The position numbers and the translations under genes are program-made. 64,000 nt of DNA from Octopus bimaculoides. Lineage: Eukaryota. Positions 12,330-24,024 of this stretch are shown here, in pieces. How positions within the stretch are numbered: the first letter of the stretch is position 1; each line of letters begins with the position of its first letter. The stretch lies in assembly GCF_001194135.2 (NCBI RefSeq), contig NC_068983.1, positions 26,982,344 to 27,046,343 on the forward strand, in the 5' to 3' direction. Below the pieces are notes generated by a model. That model was not told the DNA's origin. It saw nothing but the letters and a program-made list of their open reading frames with translations, and ran no database searches.

Positions 12330-13380
12330 GTGCAGGGACAGTGATTGACAAGTGGGAGTTGTGTGGAGTCGGAAAGGAGTTTGGGTGTGTAGAGTAAAAC
12401 GTAATTCTGTTTGAGGTGGAGTCAAGAGATGGTGGAACCATTGTGTCGTCCAGGGTTGAAGACGGTGATATCTGCGGTGGAGTGGTTGGCCAAGCGAAAA
12501 TGACAGGCGACGTGGGTGTTCGTACGTAAATGAACATCTCATGAATGTTTGGTCAACCGGTCGGCTAGCCTGTGGCCCCGTCAAACCAACGTAAATTCTT
12601 TTGCAGAGATTACACCTGATGCAGTAAGTAAGGCTGGAAGAAGTGCAGGAGAAAAGGAGTTCCTAGTATAGAGGGTATGCTGTTTGGATCCAGTTAGGGA
12701 CTTGATGTGAGAGATGAAGGGACAGGTGTGGCAAAGGGACCTGGAGCAAGGGAAGTATCTGGGTTGGCCTGGAATGGATAGGGGAGGGTGCTATGGACCA
12801 GTAGATCGTGTAGGTTACGGGCGCGTTTGAAGGAGGGTGAGGGTGGGTTGGGAAAAATATGGAGTGTGGTGGGATCTAGCTGGATGCAACGGAAATCCCG
12901 TGGAATCCTCCAAAGAAGGGGAAGGATGGTGGGGTGGAAAAGGTGGGGAAGAGGATGCGGTTGGGGGATAGATGTAGGGAAGGAGAGACGTTGATGGTGC
13001 GATCGATTAGACGAGAGCAGGTAAGGGCAGTTTTGGACATGTGTGGATGGGTATCCGCCACGCACGAATAAGCTGACCAGATACTGGGACTGGTTCTCGA
13101 AATCCTTGTCCCGGCTGCACAGGTGTCAGAAGCGGAGGAACTGGAAGGAGGGTATAGCCCGTTTTGTGTGAGAATGATGGGAGGAGGAAAAGTTCAGGTA
13201 GAGTTGGGAGTCCGTGGATCTGCAGAAGGCAGATGTGATGAGAGTGTGGGAGGGGGAGATCAATCGAGAGATATCCAAGAAGTTTATAGAAGTGTCAGAG
13301 ATGGTAGAGTTAAATTGGAGAGAACTATGACAGTTAGATATGAAAGAGATATATATTTATGACCCAAAATAAGCCCTCAC
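12330..13380 (-). mobile_element. 5'-truncated Penelope-like element (PLE2): RT C-terminus, thumb and GIY-YIG
   Basis: Minus-strand translation gives 'HSSLQFNSTISDTSINFLDIS', 'STDSQLYLNFSSSHHSHTKRAIPSFQFLRF*HLCS', 'FVRGGYP' and 'PSFKRARNLHDLLVHSTLP'. It continues 'FSCTSSSLTYCIRCNLCKRIYVGLTG' and 'HRLADRLTKHS...VACHF'. Confidence 0.92.
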
Positions 13381-16300
13381 ATATCATTAATAATATACAT
13401 CATACCTATTGAACCAGATGTACAAGAAAACATTAATTAAATTAAAATCATATTAAAATATTATCTAGCTAAACCACTTCCTACTTGGTTGACAATTACC
13501 TAACTATTAAATTGTTTCAAGTTTACGAAAAGTTTTACGTTGCAAACGTTTTAAGAAGTGCGGATGAACATTTTGCTCTCAAATATTATTCCCTTATTTC
13601 CGAGTTCAAACTTCCCATTCGATTTCAAGTTTCGCAACGTAATAATTATTTCCCCTCGTCTATCTATCTCACTGCTACAGTTAAATTATAATATGTGCGA
13701 TGTTGAATTTAAGAATATTTTACATCAGGTTTATAACAAAAAATTGTTGTTTGAAATGCACTGTAACCTAAATCACTTCAGCAAATTAAATAGTAATTGT
13801 TAATGCAATATATTCATTTAGATATAAATGCAATATATTCATTTTAAATATAAAGTAATCGATATATTGTAGAATATATATATATATATATATATATATA
13901 TTCTTTTTTTTTAAATCAACAAGTTTCAATATCTGTATTAATGTTCGAAAATTGCCTGTCGAATATTCCTATGACATTATCTTTGATAATGCATCATATA
14001 TTTGTTTAAGCATCATCCTACGATTTACTGATAACAGCTTGATATTGTTTTCTTTCAATCTGTAATTGCTATTAGCGACCTGAACAATGATTTTAATAAC
14101 ACGTCAATTTCAGCTCATTAGAACTCAACATTTTGCTTCAGATATTTATAGCAATCGCAGAGTATGGCTAATAATATTTCTGTCTCAAACGAGAGCAATA
14201 CGTATCCTAGGGTTACTTTACACAGGATACACTGTTGGACCTATATGATAATTGGTGACACAGACAACCGAAATCATTTGTGCACTGATTGTAAATCATA
14301 TTACTGTTTTTAGTGTTAATTAGTCATCATCCAGTAATCCTATTATCATAAGCTATCCATTCGTTGCCACCCGTGTTTTTGTATAATGGGTCTACACTGC
14401 GCGTGGTAGTATCTTTTATGCGAGATAATCTGGTATGATTTAATTCAAATGTTCCTACTTGTCGCAGCTCGAATGACATGTTATAAATAACGACTAAATT
14501 ATGTTACGTCAAATATTTACATACGATAAAGCTATATACTTAAGTTTACATTACATAATATGATTCTATAATTATCGAAAAAATTGGAATGGTCAAGGAT
14601 TGAAATCTTTTAATCAATCACTTTATTAATCAGTGCTGAAATAACTGGTGCAATAACAATATCGAGTAATCATTATAACAAATAGAGATCAGGCAATTAT
14701 TTCGATAATTAACCTTAGCTATATGTGGGCTGTTCTGTAGAAAATTGTGTCTTTTCTATTCTTTGTGTTGTCCTTGTAATTACATCTAACTAATAATCAT
14801 GATATAAGTTAATTATATTTATATGTGTGGAGTCAGTTGTAGATTATATACGCTTGTGTGTTATGTTTTAGAACGAGCTCTGTTCGACATTTAGCTTCCT
14901 TTTTAGCACTGATTCTTCATATTTTGATTTTGAAAATGTATATTTACTTTCAATCATATGCCCGATTTTTATTATCGCTTCAACCTCTCCTCGGCCTCAT
15001 TCTGCATGAAATGAAGATAATGGTGCGTTGATGCTGCCTTTTATAGTTGGCTTTAAGAGATCATAGGGATGATATCGGAACTGATAAAATCATAAACGAC
15101 TGATCCAAAATTGTTTATGAGCTTAGATACGCTCATTGTATATTTCACGTGTTCTACACCTTATTATTGATTTTTGTTAAGCATTTTGCTATTAATAGAA
15201 CTCCCCAAACTAACCTATAGATATCTTTGTAGAATTTCACACAGGATGGTAGTATTATCATCTATGAATACAACCGCATTTGATACTCTGTTCAACTGAC
15301 TATGAGTGTTAATATGCTTGTTAGTGTATATGGATGTCTGCATACATTCATGCTTCAATCTATTTATATACACATGTTATATTGCATGAATATAAGTGAG
15401 CAATGTGTATGTATATGTGTGCGTTATTCATATGTACACATGTAAGTAGAAGCATATTTACTACACGAACGCGCGCGCGCGCACATATTTATGTGTGTAT
15501 CTGTGTATCTGTGGGTGCTTGAATATGGGGCTGAAATGAACGGAATAGAGTTGGTGAGAAAGTAACAGCATGGAAAAGGTAAAGGGAGACTTAAATAACA
15601 GTTTGTAGCTTGAAAAGATGTAGAAATTAGGGAGTTTGATAATACACGGTAAAGGAATGTACAGTGTTACAGAAAAACAAATCTTAGCTAGTGAGTTAGA
15701 TAATCACGAGGGACCTACTCAACATACAGCTACCTATCCAAACTGAAAACAACACAAAAGGTAAGCGCATTTAACTAAACTGAAATTCCATTAGGTACAG
15801 CAGTTAGACTTTCTTGTTTTGCGATGCCTTAGAAATAACAACCGAAACATTCTATAACCTATAAGTTACACTCTAGCGATATAAAAGCGAATGACCTATT
15901 AGGTGCAGAAGAGATCTCTATTATAATTCTGCTTATTTGTTCCTTTACACTTTACGTTGGAGTCAGTTATAGAAATAGTGATGTGAAGTGACTAAAAATT
16001 GAGAGTGAGAGATTTTGAGAGGAATGATAGATAGGGAGGAGGTGGAGTGAAAAGTACAGGGAGGAGGAGTAAAAGAAAGAAATATAGAAGAATGAGGTGA
16101 GAAAGAAATAGAATGCGTTACGCTGTCACGTAGTTAGCTGAATGGTGAAGCGAAGAGCGAAAGATAAAGAATTAATCGTTATTGCATGATTACGTGATAG
16201 ACAAGATAGCTGAACGGGGAAGTATAGAGAAAGTAAGTTAGAAATTCAATGTTTAACCGAATGGTTACGGTCTGGTAGTGAAGTTAAAGAAAGGCAGATA

Positions 16301-16626
16301 GATAGTTAGAGAGAGAGAAACATAGACAGAGAGAGAAACAGAGACAGAGAGAGAAACAGAGACACAGAGAGAGGCAGTTATTTTGAGACTGAGATCCAGA
16401 GAAGAGAGAGAGAGAAATGATAATGACGTGAAGAGGGGAATGAAATGGTTAAAAATCTGTTGAGGTAAGGGATAAAGGTAGAGAGAAAATGAGAGAGAGG
16501 TAAATATAAAATATTTAGCGGAGGGGAATGTTAAACATCAGTTGTCGGAGTTGATAATGCATCGGCAGATAGCAGATAGATATGAAACAAGCAACAAACC
16601 TGAAATGAAGTGAAAAATGTTCTTGG

Positions 16627-16763
16627 TTGGCAAGCAACTTAGACTGGTGTTTGTTACTGAAAACTAGAATGATGATGATGATAGTGGTGAAAACGATGAT
16701 GGTGATGGAGGTGGGGTAGTGAAAAATGTAATTTTTTTATTGAACTTAATTTTTTTATCACCT
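16627..16763 (+). repeat. About 140-bp direct repeat, copy 1 (copy 2 at 18056-18198)
   Basis: Shared 'tgtttgttactgaaaactagaatg...gatgatggtgatggaggtg...gtgaaaaatgt...attgaacttaat...tatcacct'. Confidence 0.92.
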
Positions 16764-18055
16764 ACTTCTTAAATCACACGCATGAGTGCAATTATTTCTA
16801 ATCTACTTTCTTGAAAATTGATGTTTGGTCATATAATATGGAGGTTACTGCTCTGGCTGTCTGCGAATCCGACCTGCATCAGCTTTCTTTTCCCCATGAA
16901 CCTCATTTGTAACTTGAAGATTGAAGACTTGTGTTCAAATAAGTTAAAATATATGGGCATTGAGGATAATAAGTTTGTATTTTCATAGATTCAATTTACT
17001 CTATTGGTATCTTGGTATATTTTAGGTTTCTCCGTTCCTTATTTTGTGTATATCAGAACGTAGAAACGATTGGAATGCTGATTGAAAGTCCAACAGTTGC
17101 TTATACTATATGACAATCTACACATATTCAGAATGGGAAATCCTTTAACTTTCAGGGTATCAATCAGATGGTCTGGCTGTATGCCAGTTTATCAACGTAT
17201 TCAGTATTTGTATGTTTCGAACCTTCAAGCCTTTTACTCTGTTTTTCTCATCCCTTACTCACATTAGCTTTCTCACATATAGAATTGTATGTGCCGTGTG
17301 AACGATATTTTATATTTCTAACTTATGAATAATGTTGAAATATATTCTAGTAATATCAAAAGTCATGGCGCTAAATGGTAGCTAATGCCAGGCTAACATT
17401 TTAGTTTTTTTTTTTTTTTTTGTTGGGCAAATGGAGTCAAGATAATCATAATATATTGCTTTCCACGTGCACTTTCAACGTTGATTTTATTTCGCGTGCA
17501 ACTGTGTAATAGGAAATGTTTCACTGGACTTCATTTATTCAAATTCATTAAAAACAAAAACATTGATTTATCTCATAATTTATTCGATTAATGACTCTTC
17601 CATACTAAGCAGGGCATCTAATTGATTTAATTCAATTCACATTATTCCGGGGTGAAATTAATGGGAAATTAGCGTATATATTTGATTGTAATCCTAGAAC
17701 ATCTTGTGATTTGCATTCATATGTTGCATTTGCATTTGCTGAGCCTCATCTTCTTTGGTACAACTGTTGAAGTTGATATATGAAATGATTTCTTCCTGAA
17801 ATCTACTAATCAAGGCTCCATATATTGCAATCATTTATCGTAAATTTAAAGAAAAGAATACTGAAAACCATATTGTACAATTTGTAAAATCTCATGGATT
17901 AGAACACAAAATGTTAAATGTTTGAAGATGTTAAATATTCCAAGAATGTATTTGTTAAACAACTATTCTCTCATAAACTATCGTGCAATTTTGACGAAGC
18001 TGATACTTTCTCTTTCATTAATTCATTTCACAATTTTAGGTTGTTTACAATTAAC

Positions 18056-18198
18056 TTGACAAGCAGCTTGGACTGATGTTTGTTACTGAAAACTAGAATG
18101 GTAACGATGATGATGGTGGTGAAAAAGATGATGGTGATGGAGGTGAGGTGGTGAAAAATGTTTTTTTTTTTATTGAACTTAATCTTTTTTTATCACCT
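18056..18198 (+). repeat. About 140-bp direct repeat, copy 2
   Basis: Aligns by eye to 16627-16763; the flanks do not align. Confidence 0.92.
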
Positions 18199-20539
18199 GC
18201 ATTAGAGCATTTATCTTATCGTGTGTACTTCACATTCGACTTTGCTTTGGATTTTACAGAAGTTGTGATCAATGAGCTATTAGATACTAGACGATTCCTA
18301 ACAATGTGCCTTGAAGCAGTTTGCTACGTCTCTTATACATACAGATTTAAATATTCGTTAGTATTATCCATACACCGTTTCTAATTATTTGTGAAATTTT
18401 GCCAATATAAGAAATCAGCCTTGTACCTTATAATATTTAATATCGATATTTAATCAAGAAAAGATTTTAAAACTCTTTTGTGTGCTAATGAAATGTCACA
18501 TATTTTGTGATTATTTCAATGTTTCAAGCTTTACAGTTTATATTTTAAAAGCTAAAATCACACTTAGAGTCATTTATTTTCGATTTCAGAACACTTGGTA
18601 GATTAACTCTTATGTATAACATTGGAAATGTCTGGATATTACCTACGGACAATGGGTAATTTAATCTAATTATCGAACGTACGTATATGATTTACAAGAA
18701 TATAACTGTGGATTTATGTGTGAAATTATATATATAAGACGGATACTTCTACGACATATAAATATATATTCATTCTAGTATTCCCATTGAAATCGTACGT
18801 TATATAAGGCCGAATATGAAACATTTCTTCTTCTACTAATTATGAACAGGATATTAAATACTGCTCGTGCCGTTCCTCCTAAGGGAGAGACAGATATGCG
18901 TTTATTAAATATATAGTTGAGACCGAAAGTTTAGAACATTAGTTTATCATTTATGCCAGACCAAACAGTCAGCCATATGATACAGCTAAAATTTCAAATT
19001 TCACATTAAATGTATTTACATACATTTATGATATATGTAAAGATTGCAAATTTTTGGAATTGATATTTAGGTCAATGACGAGATAATATTTCACTGTATA
19101 TCACAAAGAAGCTGACATGAAATTATCCGAGACGATGGGATGTTTAGGTGAGTGCGAATAAAAAAAAAAATCCTTCAGTCCAAAACTCGAAAACTCATCT
19201 TAACGTTCTTGAAACTAGTAGTCTAATCACCGTACTACACTCTACCACTCGAAAAGAAATATCAAATGAAGATGCACCAAAACTTATTCCTGATTATTTC
19301 GCGTGCTGTACTGAATTGAAATGTGCCTTTTTCCCAACATCAATATAGAATGATCTTTATTATTTAATTCATTCTTAGGGACTAAAATATGTTACAATAA
19401 ATAAATAAAATTATTTCCGTCTCTAGTTCAAATTGCAATTAAATGCAAGACATTATTACAAAGCGTGATTTATTCACTGATTTGGTGTTAGGTTAATAAT
19501 GTATAATAAACATGTATGTTTTTCACCTTTCTATGTTATATAGAAGCTTATTTCATCGGAAATTTACCCTAAACGAAATTATATACATTAGGTATACAAT
19601 TTGCTTTCATTGAATTGCCCTCGTGTAACAGACATCTTTCTATGTTCAGCATCTGTATGTCTCGGATTAATAAACGGGTTCATTGTTACAAGCTTAAACA
19701 GCTGCAACTTAAGGATAAAGATGTCATATGAAAACTATATAACTCATTTATTTTAAGGAGTTCCGATAAAGGCAATCTAAAATGATGTAATCTTATATCT
19801 TAATTTAGTATGCATTCGGATGATATGATTAATGTATAAATGACAAATAGATGCATGAGAATTTTGTATAATAGAATACGATTAGGATCTGAAAATAAAA
19901 GAAAATTAAATTACCGTGAATAAAAGTATTTTGAATAATGATAGTACATACATTCTCAGACCAGTAAGATTTAGAGAGGGATGTCAAAGGACAGATATAT
20001 AGATATAAACATTAATATGATGATCTCTTAACTTTGTGGGGGACCATAGATGGCAAGTTGATTAAAAAGACCAGGACTACAAACCGAAAATATTCTTTTT
20101 TGGATGTGTATGCGTAGGTTTCGACAGATACGTATACTTATGACTATAAACTAAATACCTTCTCTTGATATACTGTATTTCTTTAAAATTATGTCTAGTA
20201 TGAATGGTCTCAAATAGATACCGGCGTCATGTTAATTGCAAATAGAACACTAATACTGAAAAGCATCGTCATTACTTCACACAATTTAGGAAGAAAATAC
20301 TTGTTCCTCACCTCTCTGAAGTCTATTCTCACCCCGGTCTCGAGTTGAGCCCCGTATAAAACCTCTAAAGACGATACTTATGATGGTCCCATTACCTCTT
20401 AAGGTTGAAGATTTTATTATTTCCTATTCAATGTAAAACGTTCGCTCATTATTTAACGTCAGATTAATGACAGCTGAACTTGAAATATGGCTGGGGATAA
20501 TTAAACCATTCGTGAGATAAACTATGAAAAGAATAGTCT

Positions 20540-21250
20540 ATCGTTGCCTGCAAATCAAACCCAGGTCTATACTTAAATATTCCAACACCAGAAGACTTAA
20601 AACTAAAGCCTATTATTGCTGGCCCAGCCTGTGAAACACCGCCTAAGCAACTTTATAGACATATGTTTAAAACCTTTCCTCAAATACATTAAGTTTCATA
20701 AGAGACGATCTGGACATGCTAGAGCATCTACCAACATCCCACAACGAAGAAGCTCTATCAGTCTCCTTCGATTTCATCAACCTCTACACGAACATTCCAC
20801 ATGACTAACCTGCCTAACATGTCCTAACCTGCCTAGGTTGTCGTCATAATTTTGTGGGTCAAAGGAGCTTAATACTGGCAGATAGCACTGAGCGGACACA
20901 TCGACAGATGCGCAAGTAAAAAAACGCCGAATTTTCGTATCTTCCCATTATACCAACGCAAAGATTCAATCTCAGTACAAGAACGCCTAAAGAGGGAAAA
21001 CATGTTCATGCAAAAGTACAGATCACACCTTAATATACAACTTTGACCATTTTCAAAAAATTCTACTAAGGAGGCAGTTGTCTCCCTTGCCGCCTGTTGC
21101 TCCCTTGGTTTACTCTCTAAACTCATTCTTCTTATTCTTCAAACATCCAAAATGACGAAACCCCTTTGTCACGAGAACTAATTACTGTACAATGTCCCTT
21201 GAAAAGCTAATTTAAATTGCGAAAACCGGTTGGATTTCACGACATGCATA
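20540..21250 (+). mobile_element. Internally deleted Penelope-like element (PLE3): RT N-half joined to the endonuclease C-terminus and 3' UTR
   Basis: The RT part reads 'IPTPEDLKLKPIIAGPAC..HRLSNFIDICLKPFLKYIK', 'IRDDLDMLEHLP' and 'SFDFINLYTNIPHD'. After the junction at about 20805-20840 it reads 'LSGHIDRCASKKTPNFRIFPLYQRK...ERLKRENMFMQKYRSHLNI'. Confidence 0.9.
21192..21245 (+). ncRNA. Minimal type I hammerhead ribozyme-like motif with a U3:A8 core variant
   Basis: atgtc-cc | UUGAAAA (21199-21205) | stem II gc(t)aatttaaattgc | GAAA (21221-21224) | accgg | U-U (21230-21231) | gg-atttcac-gacat. It lies about 150 nt 3' of the PLE3 stop codon. Confidence 0.6.
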
Positions 21251-21402
21251 TATGTATGTATTTATAAAAAAGATATTAAACTATATGAAACGAAGTCATT
21301 TCTCTTCCCTTTTTTATATTTTTTACACATATTTTCAATGCATAATTTTGCCACGTCGTCTATATGAATCTTCAGTGTCTTTACACCTTGCATATATATG
21401 TG

Positions 21403-21488
<86 letters not shown>

Positions 21489-21763
21489 TCTGCGTGCGTG
21501 TGAGAGACAGAGTGTGTGTAATATATTATATTAAAGATAGAAATAGCGCTTTATATACTTTTATTTATTTATCATAGGTCTACTGCTGCTTCAGATATGC
21601 AGGCGGTAGCATTTAATGTTCAATTTCTTTTTAGTTGATCGATTCTTCGACTTAGAATATTCGAAACAGCCCTTACAATATCTTCACCCGAAACAAAATA
21701 AATCAACTGCCACAGAAAAGGAAGTGAAAATATATTGACGTCTATACATATAAATATATATAT

Positions 21764-21798
<35 letters not shown>

Positions 21799-22500
21799 GA
21801 GAATATGAGAGGCAATTATGCGGACAAAACAAATTAGACATATCAAATATATTAAAGGTATTAAACATCAGATACAAGATATGTGTATATGTACACATGC
21901 AAAATACGAGGAAGCAAAAGGTGGAAACTTTCATATGATGAATCTTTATGTATAATCATATTTTCTCTATCGTTTGTACTCTGTGAAGTTGCAGCTATTA
22001 ATAAAATTGTCTATATATCTATACATAAATATTCATCGTCTGAAAGTTTCCACTCTTTGCTTCACCTCTTTTTGCATGTATACACATATACATATATTTA
22101 GATGATGTTTAATATATTTAATATATTTGATGTATCTAATTTGTTTTATACGCACAATTGCCTCTATACCCGCTCAACTTGGTCCCTCTTTTGGTCTTAC
22201 TTTATCTTATGGAATGATCCACTGCAAAGCATCGAAATCTAAGCTTGAATTTCTTGAGCACTACTATATTCTACATGGAAAACTCTGGCTTTCATCTGTG
22301 AACTTCATACACAAAAAAAAAACATAATTGGAACAAGAGCGTAACAGGCGACAACAAAACATTCGGACAGTTAGATGATACAAAAAAAAAAGGAACAGGA
22401 AAAAGCATGGAGGGGTCATTCGGAGCTTATATATAATTGTTAAAAAGGCAAAAGAAACATCTCAAGTCGAATACAACATTATTATAGGAAGAAATTCAAA

Positions 22501-22556
22501 ATCTTACATCTGTTTTGGGGATATCCTCAAATATGGGATATTCCGTCATCGGAGAC
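22501..22556 (-). ncRNA. Decayed minimal type I hammerhead ribozyme (PLE4 copy A)
   Basis: Minus strand: stem I gtct | CCGAUGA | stem II cggaatatcc-catatttga-ggatatcccc | AAAA | C-agat-G | UA | agat. The HHR topology is intact, but there are U4C, G12A and 10.1/11.1 mismatches. Confidence 0.7.
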
Positions 22557-23720
22557 AAATAGGGAAAGTATAGGAAACATGAGAATGGTATATATTAATA
22601 AGATGACGACATAGAGGAAGGGAGTAAAATAATAAGGAGACGGAAAGAAAGAAGAAAAAGAAGCATAATTGTTCATAATTCAACTTTCTGAAGTTATAGA
22701 AACCAGAACTTGAATCTTAGGTGAAATCCTGCGTAGATCCATGAACTTAAGTCTGTAGGTGCAATCCTGTGTATATCCAAGTGGTTTAAACTCCTGATAT
22801 ATTAGACATCCCAAGAAACAGGCGCGTTCAATAACAGAATGGCAACAATTAAGTGGTAAAAATAAATACAAGAAAAGAAATAGAAAGAGAGGTAGATAGA
22901 GTGAGGTGGGGTGTTTTATGGATTGGCTATAGGATAAAAAATAAGTGCATAGCTATAAGAATTGTGTACGGGGTAGCCGAGAAGATAAGAGAGAGGAGAG
23001 AAGATAACAGAGAGAAAGATAGGGTAAGAAAAATAGAGCAAGACCAAAGGAATTTAAAAACAGTAACTGATGTCTGGAAATCTTAGTCTAAAGTTGTTGA
23101 AGAGGAAATTTAGTTGTAATTGCTTGTGTCCGTTCTGGCTAAGGTCAGTGGCTGTAGAGTTATTTTTCGCAATGGGACTATGGGCATGTATATAGTTGAT
23201 AAAGGAAGAGCTAGCTGAAGGTTAAATTATTTATGAGTGGGAATTAGAGTTAGGGGGTTTATATTAGGGGATTTATTAGGTTAAGATTTAAAAGTAAATT
23301 AAGGATAAATTAAAGAAGTAATATTTTTCTCATAGTGTGATGGAGTAAGGTAGATAGAAATGAGGTAAGACATAAGGTAGAATTAAGAGTTATAGAGGTA
23401 TAGAAGGGGTATGTGTTAATGATCGTAAGGGTTTGCATATGGGTGCTATTGGTGGCGGTATGTGAGTTTACATTTAGATTTATGAAACAATTTACAAGTG
23501 CGGAAGAGTTTATGCTTAAGCGTAGTGAAGGCCTCGCTGCATTTATTAAGCAATGGTGGAGAGGTGTAGGTTAGAATTTTGAGTGCTTCTTATAAGCAAA
23601 GTCTATAACTTGAGTGTTGGCCCTGATATGGGGTACACAAGTCTATTATAGCCCAAGTAAGTTTATAGTGTTTTTTTTTTATTAATTAGATCGTGTACGT
23701 GGCTGGCTAGTGAAGTTGAA

Positions 23721-23767
23721 TATGGAATACCCAATACTCGGGGATATCCCAGAAACTGCTGTAAGAT
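23721..23767 (+). ncRNA. 3' half of the same hammerhead (PLE4 copy B, inverted)
   Basis: ggaataccc-aatactc-ggggatatccca | GAAA (23752-23755) | C-tgct-G | UA | agat. The CUGAUGA half is replaced by the antisense GIY-YIG fragment. Confidence 0.65.
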
Positions 23768-23983
23768 TTTGAATTTCTTCCTATAATAATATGTGACTTC
23801 TGATGCTTGCCATGCCTTAACGTTTGCTGTCCTGTCTAAAATATTATATATACGTTGCATTAGAAGTCTGCAATGGCTCCATAAGTACCGTCTCGGCTAT
23901 AACCTTGGAGCCCCAGTAATCCGTTACTGCACTTATCTGGCATACCTAATCGTTTAGATCACATGTGAGCTAAAACCTTATAT

Positions 23984-24024
<41 letters not shown>

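Larger units (their letters stand above)
22330..23980 (-). mobile_element. Penelope-like element (PLE4): 5'-truncated GIY-YIG C-terminus, long 3' region and inverted terminal copy
   Basis: The minus strand from about 23727 reads 'YSTSLASHVHDLINKK..YKLTWAIIDLCTPYQGQHSSYRLCL*EALKIL...LLNKCSE'. The segments 22465-22545 and 23724-23800 form an inverted repeat. Confidence 0.85.

Noticed and set aside
15605-15700. UUGAAAA/UUGAUAA...GAAA motifs with a hairpin, in a purine-rich repeat-like region
   Set aside because: There is no stem III, cleavage triplet or stem I complement, and no PLE coding sequence was recognised nearby.
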